Source of the DNA: a virus
Taxonomy: Duplodnaviria > Caudoviricetes
Direction: 5' to 3' (one strand)
Virus record (IMG/VR): IMGVR_UViG_3300017780_000420
Span: 1-33,654 of that record
Length of the DNA: 33,654 bases
In this document: positions 26,877 to 33,654 of the stretch, piece after piece
How the letters are laid out: every line of letters starts with the position of its first letter
How positions within the stretch are numbered: the first letter of the stretch is position 1
Position numbers and translations under genes: made by a program
Notes under the pieces: model-generated
What the model was told of the DNA's origin: nothing
Seen by the model: the letters and a program-made list of their open reading frames with translations, nothing else
Database searches by the model: none

Positions 26877-27962
26877 ATGTCAGATGACCGTAGAGAATTG
26901 CTAGAAGCCGCATTAGACCAAGCCGAAGAAGGCACTTTAGAAGCACCAATCGAAAAGGAGATTGAAGTAAATGACGATCCAATCCAAGCCGAAGAAACCA
27001 GCGTTGAAGAAAGCAACGACCGTGACGAAAAAGGTCGCTACAAAAGTAGTAAGGAAGAAACCAGTAGCCAAGACGATACCGCTGAAGAACCTGAACTGGT
27101 GGCAGAAGCTACTGATGAGCCTGAAGAAGAAATAAAACGCCCTACTACTTGGAAAAAAGAGTATAGGGATGTTTGGGACAAGATGGCAGGTGGCAAACCG
27201 CTAGATAAAGAGGAATTTGCTAAGTTTGCGGAATATGCCAACCAGCGTGAAGCTGAATACAAGCGTGGAGTTTCTGCCTACAAGAATGAAGCAGACAACG
27301 CTAGGCAACTGACTGATGCTATTGGCCCATTTATTCCTGAACTACAAAAGCATGGTATTCACCCTGCCGCATGGATTAATAATTTGGGTAGAGCACATTA
27401 CACTTTAGCCAACGGAACTTACGAACAGAAGTTAAGTGCGTTTAATAGACTTGCACAAGATTATGGAATACAATTAAATCAAGATGCACTTCAGATGCCT
27501 GAACAGGCGTATGTAGATCCGTATCAGCAACAGTTAATGCAACAACTTCAAGCTACCCAGCAACAAGTTCAGCAATTATCTGCGATACGGGAGCAAGAAG
27601 AAAATGCTCGATTGAGTAATGAAATCAGTCGGGTAAGTAGTGACAGAGAGCGGTTTCCGCACTTTGATATGGTTAGGGAAGATATGGCTCAATTACTTGA
27701 GCGAGGTTTAGCCCAAGACTTAGAATCGGCTTATGCCAAAGCGGTGCGTATGAATGACGAAGCGTTTAAGCTAGAGCAGGAAAAACTCCTGAGATCAGCC
27801 AACACCCAAGCGTCTAAGGCACAGCAAGTAGCTAAAGCTAAAGCAACTGCTGTTAGTCCACGATCCGTTACTCCTAGCGGTCAAGTGTCTAAGACAGATG
27901 CAAAGGATAGACGATCCTTGCTGATGGCTAATTTAGCCGATGCAGAGGGTGGTCGGGTTTAA
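26877..27962 (+). CDS. Capsid scaffolding protein
   Basis: Acidic N-terminus with RDEKGRY, helical Q-rich body, directly before capsid gene. Confidence 0.75.
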   Translation: MSDDRRELLEAALDQAEEGTLEAPIEKEIEVNDDPIQAEETSVEESNDRDEKGRYKSSKEETSSQDDTAEEPELVAEATDEPEEEIKRPTTWKKEYRDVWDKMAGGKPLDKEEFAKFAEYANQREAEYKRGVSAYKNEADNARQLTDAIGPFIPELQKHGIHPAAWINNLGRAHYTLANGTYEQKLSAFNRLAQDYGIQLNQDALQMPEQAYVDPYQQQLMQQLQATQQQVQQLSAIREQEENARLSNEISRVSSDRERFPHFDMVREDMAQLLERGLAQDLESAYAKAVRMNDEAFKLEQEKLLRSANTQASKAQQVAKAKATAVSPRSVTPSGQVSKTDAKDRRSLLMANLADAEGGRV

Positions 27963-27985
27963 CTTAATTTAATAAAGGAAATATC

Positions 27986-29483
27986 ATGGCATTTGCTAAC
28001 TCAGCAATCACCGATATTATCGCTACTACCATTCAAAGCCGTAGCGGAGTATTGGCAGATAACTTGACACAAAACAACGCAATCCTACAAAGATTGAACT
28101 CAAAGGGTAATGTACGACCCTTCTCAGGCGGTAATGTAATCCTTAATGTTGGGGTCACTCTGAATTAAAACTCAGATGTGAGAATTCTCTCTGATTGACT
28201 TGGAACTCCCGAAGGGGACAACAAGGGGCAAGTTTAAATACAGCCTGAACGACTAAGCGAGAGAACACCTGTGAAGGTGAAGCGATAGTCTGCACTTGGA
28301 TATAACTTGAAGTAAATCAAGTCCAAGAGTTTGGCAGAAATGACCAAGCATGGTTAAGTTAGTGACCATTAACAATAGGCGAGGAGATCATGTACAATGA
28401 TCCAAACACTAACAATGCAAACAGTTATAGTGGGTTGACTTCTAGCCCCTTCATTAATTTGCAGTAAGCAAGTTTTTGTAGCAAATGGGATGAATTCGGT
28501 GGAAACCTTTGAATTTGAGGTGAGTTTAAAGATAATACCGAGCCAAGCTGTGTATGTAACCCGAAAGGGCTAGGGACACAGAAGGTGTAACGACTAGGGG
28601 TCGAGAGAAATCAGTAATGCCCCCACGAGCTTCCCACCCGAAAGGGATGATATAGTCTGAACAGTATGGTGACATACTGAAGTAGCGGATAAAGAGCCAC
28701 TACGATAACAAAATTGACGAAGTATTAAACATCACCCCTGATAGCCCTATCTCTGCGGCTCAGTTCAGCATTACGCAGTACGCTGATTCTGTGACAATGA
28801 GTGGTCTAGAAATGTTGCAAAACAGCTCAAAAGAGGCAATTATTGACCTCTTAGACGGCCGTATGCAAGTTTCTGAAGCCCGTTTGTTGAACCGTATCTC
28901 TACCGACCTTTATGGTGACGGTACAGGTAATGGCGGTAAAAACATTACTGGTTTAGCGGCCGCTATCAGCACTTCACCAACTTCAGGCACATACGGTGGT
29001 ATTAACCGTGCAAACTGGGAATTTTGGCGTAACCAAGCAACAACTGGTGCTGACACATCCGCTTTGATCCAAGCCGCAATGACTACAGCCGCTATCAAGT
29101 CCGTTCGTGGAACTGATAAGACTGATTTAATCATCGCTGGTAACACTTTGTATCAACGCTATGTTGCATCCTTACAAGCTATTCAGCGTATTGCTGGTGT
29201 AGAAGAAGGTGCGGCTGGCTTTGCATCATTGAAGTTCTACGGTGGCGGTATGTCTGCTGATGTGGTATTAGGTGGTGGTATTGGTGCTCAAGAAAACGCA
29301 TTGTATATGTATCTCTTGAATACTAATTACATCTTCTTCCGCCCACACAAAGAGCGTAATTTCGTACCTATCGGTGGCGAGCGTCAATCAATCAACCAAG
29401 ACGCTATTGTTAAGCTCTATGGTTGGGCTGGTAACTTGACTTGTTCAAATAGCCAACTACAAGGCGTGTTGACTGGTTCTTAA
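27986..29483 (+). CDS. Major capsid protein, join(27986..28143,28380..28435,28717..29483), 326 aa
   Basis: Joined exons total 981 nt with no internal stop: ...FSGGNVIL-EEIMYNDPNTNNANSYSG-YEVLNITPDSPISAAQF...; AAGGA RBS; follows scaffold. Confidence 0.9.
28144..28379 (+). mobile_element. Group I intron 1 (236 nt, no ORF)
   Basis: Exon ends in U pairing with G of IGS GGGGUCAC; P2 TCTGA/TCAGA; P3 TTCTCTC/GAGAGAA; P7 GACTA(28251)/TAGTC(28286); P8 CACC/GGTG; P9 hairpins; terminal G. Confidence 0.9.
28436..28716 (+). mobile_element. Group I intron 2 (281 nt, no ORF, IA-like P7 insertion)
   Basis: P1 GGGU/GCCC with U-G; P3 TGGGA/TCCCA; P4 TTCGGT/ACCGAG; P7 GACTA(28592)/TAGTC(28653); extra stem GGGGT/GCCCC; P8 CCC-GAAA-GGG; P9 CAGTATG-GTGA-CATACTG; terminal G. 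Confidence 0.92.
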
Positions 29484-29526
29484 TCGAATCTATTAACATA
29501 ACTTAACTTATAGAAAAGGAATTATC

Positions 29527-29823
29527 ATGGCATATTCAACCCTACCCATCGCAGGTGTAGATCTTGTAGATACACAAACCGCAACAGAATTAGCGGCTCA
29601 AGGCACTCCTGCTAACTTTGGCCCATTAGGTGCTCAGACTTTTGGTAACGATGGTTTGCGTTATGTATGGGCAGTAGCAGGTGCGGCTATTACAGCTTCA
29701 ACAGCTACTTGTTCAGTAAACGCATCAACCTTTGTTGCAACTGGTTCTGCTGGCACTTACTTATCACCAGCAGTCGCAATGGCTTCAGGCGATTATGGTT
29801 GGTTTAGTAAGGCTTCTGTTTGA
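29527..29823 (+). CDS. Putative capsid decoration (cement) protein
   Basis: 98-aa A/G/T-rich ORF right after capsid, strong RBS, YGWF C-terminal motif. Confidence 0.6.
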   Translation: MAYSTLPIAGVDLVDTQTATELAAQGTPANFGPLGAQTFGNDGLRYVWAVAGAAITASTATCSVNASTFVATGSAGTYLSPAVAMASGDYGWFSKASV

Positions 29824-29854
29824 TTAGCTTAAAACGCTAAAATGTAGTAAAAAC

Positions 29855-29889
29855 AAGGGGTTGGCTCAAAAGGCTGACCCCTTTTCTTT
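29855..29889 (+). terminator. Intrinsic terminator
   Basis: AAGGGGTTGGC-TCAAAAG-GCTGACCCCTT followed by T-rich run. Confidence 0.75.
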
Positions 29890-29925
29890 AACTTTTTTAC
29901 CTTAATACCTTGAGGAGATTTAAAA

Positions 29926-30573
29926 ATGGCACTACCTTCAGATGAAAGCAATGCAGATTCACGCTTACAAGTACGCTTTTACAGAAAACCCGTACACCAA
30001 GAGCAAGAATCAATGGATGCTGGCAGACCAATATACAAAGAGTTTGATTTTGTACATATTTGCGTAGCTGGCGATACCCTTACCGAAATCGACACTTTTG
30101 CACTTCAGCAACATAAGACCCGTTTCCCTATTCAATGGGCTAACTACATGAATAGACAGGGTGCAAGCGATGAGGAAGTAATTGGAACACCTGTATCAGA
30201 GTGGCCTTTGGTATCAAAAAGCCAAGCTGAAGAACTACGGGCAATGAAGTTCTACACGGTCGAATCCATTGCAAATGCTTCAGATCAACAGTTACAGCGT
30301 ATGGGAATGGCGGCAGGAATGTCACCTTATTCATTCCGTGACAAGGCAAAGGCATTTTTAAATCTAGCTACAAGTTCAGCAGAAACAGACAAGCGTGAGC
30401 AGGAAATTAACGCTTTGAAAGAAGAACTTGCCAAAAAAGACTTAGAAACTGCTAAAATAAAGGCAGAAACAGATGCGAAGCTGGCTCAAATGCAAGATCA
30501 AATGGCCGCTATACTTGCCGCTGTTGGTGAAAAGAAACCCCGTAAAAAAGCGGTAGCCACAGAGGAAGCCTAA
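29926..30573 (+). CDS. Hypothetical protein of head-completion region
   Basis: 215 aa, GAGGAG RBS, C-terminal coiled coil. Confidence 0.65.
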   Translation: MALPSDESNADSRLQVRFYRKPVHQEQESMDAGRPIYKEFDFVHICVAGDTLTEIDTFALQQHKTRFPIQWANYMNRQGASDEEVIGTPVSEWPLVSKSQAEELRAMKFYTVESIANASDQQLQRMGMAAGMSPYSFRDKAKAFLNLATSSAETDKREQEINALKEELAKKDLETAKIKAETDAKLAQMQDQMAAILAAVGEKKPRKKAVATEEA

Positions 30574-30574
30574 T

Positions 30575-31480
30575 ATGTCAGCAACAATGCTTGAACTTGT
30601 ACAACAAGTAACCAGCGAACTTAACTTAGCCGTACCTACTTATGTAGCAGGAAATACTAACCAAGATGTGCAACAGATTCTTGCGTTAATGAATCGTGCT
30701 GGGTACGATCTAATTAAAGAACACGACTGGCAGGCATTGGAGTTGGAATACAGGTTTTATACAAACGCAATAACCACGACCTGTGATACTACGAATGGTA
30801 CTTATCTATTAAATAACATTCCAAGTACCACAGGGCTGGACAGCAACTATTCCATTGTTGGTACAAATGTTCCACAAGATACTTATGTTGACGAAGTTAT
30901 TAACTCAACTAGCTTAACTACTACCCAATTATCTTCTGCAACATCTGTTGGTGGTTCGGTTACATTTAGCCGTACTATTTACCCATTGCCGCCTGATTAT
31001 GAAACTATTACTGATAACACGCATTGGGATAAGACAAAGCATTGGCAGATGCTTGGCCCTGTTGATGCACAACAATGGCAATGGCTTAAATCAGGTTATA
31101 TCTCAACAGGCCCTAGAGTTCGTTGGAGAATTTTGGGTAACAAGTTTGAGATTTGGCCACCATACAACACCCAAGAATATTTAGGATTTGAGTACCGCTC
31201 TAAAGGCTGGGTAAGAAGTGCGGCTGACGCTGTTAAAAACAGCTTTACTGCCGACACAGATACATCTGTATTGGATGACGCAATTATTGTATTGTTGACC
31301 AAACTTAAATATTTTCAAATTAAGTCTTTTGACACTACTGCATTGCAACAAGATTATTCCCGTTATTTAAGCATTGCCAAAGCTAACGATAAAGGCTCTG
31401 CTACCCTATCATTTGCACCTGCTCCAAGTGCCGTGCTTATTGGTTGGGCTAATATTCCTGATACTGGCTACGGTAGTTAA
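30575..31480 (+). CDS. Head-to-tail adaptor protein
   Basis: L.LVQ.V..EL...LALMNRAG...W..L and Y.LP.DY motifs; synteny before nozzle. Confidence 0.65.
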   Translation: MSATMLELVQQVTSELNLAVPTYVAGNTNQDVQQILALMNRAGYDLIKEHDWQALELEYRFYTNAITTTCDTTNGTYLLNNIPSTTGLDSNYSIVGTNVPQDTYVDEVINSTSLTTTQLSSATSVGGSVTFSRTIYPLPPDYETITDNTHWDKTKHWQMLGPVDAQQWQWLKSGYISTGPRVRWRILGNKFEIWPPYNTQEYLGFEYRSKGWVRSAADAVKNSFTADTDTSVLDDAIIVLLTKLKYFQIKSFDTTALQQDYSRYLSIAKANDKGSATLSFAPAPSAVLIGWANIPDTGYGS

Positions 31481-31482
31481 CC

Positions 31483-33255
31483 ATGCCTGTTCCAAAGAAG
31501 TTTACAGCTACCACTACTTCATTAGCTTCCCCAATTGGGGGCTGGAACGCTAGAGATTCATTGGCTGAAATGCAACCGTTAGATGCGGTGCAATTAGTTA
31601 ATTTCTTTCCTACCCCTACAGATATAACCCTTAGAAAGGGGTATTCACAAGCATCTATTGGGATCACGGGCGAAGTTCAAACTTTGATGAATTATGCTAA
31701 TTACGATGGCACTAATACGCTTTTTGCCGTTGCCAACGGGGTAATTTATAACGCATCAACTTCTACCGCAACTTCTGTATTTACAGGTTTAACTAACAGT
31801 AAATTCCAGCATTGCATGATTTCTACCGATGGTGGCAACTTTATTATTGCCGTAAACGGTCAAGATGCCGCAATGGTTTATGACGGTACAAGATGGTCTA
31901 AGATGGCTACCACAACTACCGCTCAAACAATCTCTACTATTACTAGGGGTGGAACGGGAAACCTAACAGCTACTTTAACTACTTCCGCACCACACGGACT
32001 TGTTACAGGCAACCGTGTTTCCATATCAGGGGCTACGGAAGCTAATTACAATGGTACTTATGTCATTACCGTAACGGGTGCTTCATCTTTTACCTACACA
32101 ATGGCTACCGCACCAGCGGCTAATGCTACTGTAGTTGGAACTTATACCGTTTTAGGCATTACAGGCGTAAACAGTAACACATTAGTTAATGTCAATATGT
32201 GCCAAAACAGACTGTTTTTTGTACAAAAAGACAGTATGACCTTTTGGTATCTACCTGTTGAATCTATTGGCGGTGCGGCATTAGACTTTCCGTTAGGATC
32301 AATTGCCCGTTCAGGTGGCTTTTTGCAAGCAATGGGTACTTGGACATTAGACGCAGGTTATGGCGTAGATGACTTATCTGCTTTTGTGACTAGCATGGGT
32401 GAAGTCATTGTTTACAAGGGTACAAACCCTAGTGATCCTAATGCTTGGAGCGAGGTCGGTGTATGGCAGATGGGTCAAACCTTTGCTAGACGCTGTTTCT
32501 TTAAGTTTGGCGGTGATTTACTGCTATTAACTCAAGACGGCCTTGTGCCAATGTCTGCCGCCCTGCAATCTTCACGCTTAGACCCAAGAATTAACCTAAC
32601 CGACAAGATTTATTACGCTGTAAGTCAAGCGGCTACTATTTATTACGCTTCATTTGGCTGGCAAATCACCTATTTTGCTAGTGAAAATATGCTGATCCTT
32701 AACATTCCTACTGGTACAGGATTTGAGCAGTATGTTATGCACACCATTACTAAGTCTTGGGCTAGATTTACTGGAATAAACGCACTTTGCTGGGAAGTAT
32801 CAGGAGATAACAAGATTTACTTTGGTGCTAATGGTTATGTAGGGCAGTTTTATACCCAGCCTTCTGATAATGGTTCTAACATTGTTGCAACAGCACAGCA
32901 AGCATATAGTTATTTTGAGAGCAGAGGGCAGTTAAAACGCTTTACCTTAGTACGCCCTATACTACAAACAGATAACGGTGTACCAACCGTTTTATGTGGT
33001 ATTAGCACCGATTTTGACACTCAACCATTAACAAATGAATTAGCTTTTAACCCTTCCACATTGGATGTTGGGGTTTGGGACACATCCTTGTGGGATGACG
33101 CTAATTGGGGTGGAACTTTAACCACCACTAAGTTTTGGCAAGGCGTTACTGGAACAGGTTTTGCTGGATCAATTAACATAAATGTTGCATCGCAAGGTAT
33201 TGAGTTTCATTGGGCATCAACTGATTATGTAATGGAAAAAGGTGGAGTGCTGTAG
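31483..33255 (+). CDS. Tail nozzle / packaged-DNA stabilisation protein
   Basis: P.GGWNARD N-terminus, beta-propeller-like composition, inserted TT.APHGL.TG.RV.ISG domain. Confidence 0.7.
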   Translation: MPVPKKFTATTTSLASPIGGWNARDSLAEMQPLDAVQLVNFFPTPTDITLRKGYSQASIGITGEVQTLMNYANYDGTNTLFAVANGVIYNASTSTATSVFTGLTNSKFQHCMISTDGGNFIIAVNGQDAAMVYDGTRWSKMATTTTAQTISTITRGGTGNLTATLTTSAPHGLVTGNRVSISGATEANYNGTYVITVTGASSFTYTMATAPAANATVVGTYTVLGITGVNSNTLVNVNMCQNRLFFVQKDSMTFWYLPVESIGGAALDFPLGSIARSGGFLQAMGTWTLDAGYGVDDLSAFVTSMGEVIVYKGTNPSDPNAWSEVGVWQMGQTFARRCFFKFGGDLLLLTQDGLVPMSAALQSSRLDPRINLTDKIYYAVSQAATIYYASFGWQITYFASENMLILNIPTGTGFEQYVMHTITKSWARFTGINALCWEVSGDNKIYFGANGYVGQFYTQPSDNGSNIVATAQQAYSYFESRGQLKRFTLVRPILQTDNGVPTVLCGISTDFDTQPLTNELAFNPSTLDVGVWDTSLWDDANWGGTLTTTKFWQGVTGTGFAGSININVASQGIEFHWASTDYVMEKGGVL

Positions 33256-33654
33256 TGCTATGTTTTGATAAAGACTTATTAGGGCCGCTTATTGCCCAAA
33301 AGTTAAACATGGTATGGACACCTGAAAATTCCACAACAATTGGATGGGTCAAGGATGGAATAGAAGCAGTAGTTTGGTATGAGGATTTTAATAAAAGGTC
33401 AGTAACTTGCCATATTTATCTTGAAAAAGGCTTAAATAAGCAATATTTACATACCATTTTTGATTATCCTTTTGTACAATTGGGGGTAGATAAGATTATT
33501 GCCCCAGTAGTAAGTAGTAACGACAAGTCGGTAGAGTTTGTCAAGAAATTGGGGTTTGAGGAACAAGCACGATTACTTGATGTTTTTCCTACTGGAGATT
33601 TGTTGTTTTTTGTAATGTCAAAAGACAAATGTAGATTTTTAGGAGAAAGATATG
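33255..33654 (+). CDS. GNAT acetyltransferase-like protein (143 aa, continues across the junction to TGA at 142-144)
   Basis: IFDYPFVQLGV.KI...V...N.KS..FVKKLGF.E.ARL motif; frame continuous through the overlap. Confidence 0.75.
   Translation, partial: MLCFDKDLLGPLIAQKLNMVWTPENSTTIGWVKDGIEAVVWYEDFNKRSVTCHIYLEKGLNKQYLHTIFDYPFVQLGVDKIIAPVVSSNDKSVEFVKKLGFEEQARLLDVFPTGDLLFFVMSKDKCRFLGERY
33543..33654. repeat. Terminal direct repeat, right copy
   Basis: Identical to 1-112. Confidence 0.97.

Noticed and set aside
27986-28790. Capsid gene as pseudogene, assembly error or stop-codon recoding
   Set aside because: Both interruptions have group I cores and precise U/G boundaries that restore the frame; other genes use all three stops normally.

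Overview
The window appears to be a complete, circularly permuted genome of a small podovirus-like dsDNA phage (about 33,542 bp; bases 1-112 are repeated exactly at 33543-33654 and a GNAT gene reads through the junction). The virion module is P22-like: terminase, portal, scaffold, capsid, adaptor, nozzle, ejection proteins and fibres. There is a holin plus M15A endolysin, a leftward recombination/accessory arm, and a Cro-only divergent control region with no recognisable integrase, CI, polymerase, primase or helicase. A freshwater betaproteobacterial host is my guess from gene content, not something the sequence shows. Best-supported unusual feature: the major capsid gene is split by two ORF-less group I introns (28144-28379, 28436-28716) around a 56-nt micro-exon, and splicing restores a continuous 326-aa frame. 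The genome is also rich in candidate structured RNAs: a P4 CI/P1 C4-like RNA, a multi-hairpin RNA upstream of an HNH gene and a truncated replication protein, a pseudoknot, and two bulged-G hairpins. It further carries an array of small genes joined by a shared ~23-bp repeat, a palindromic operator inside three promoters, three probable leaderless genes, and a glycosyltransferase-like gene with a probable non-canonical start. All calls are by eye and no searches were run.
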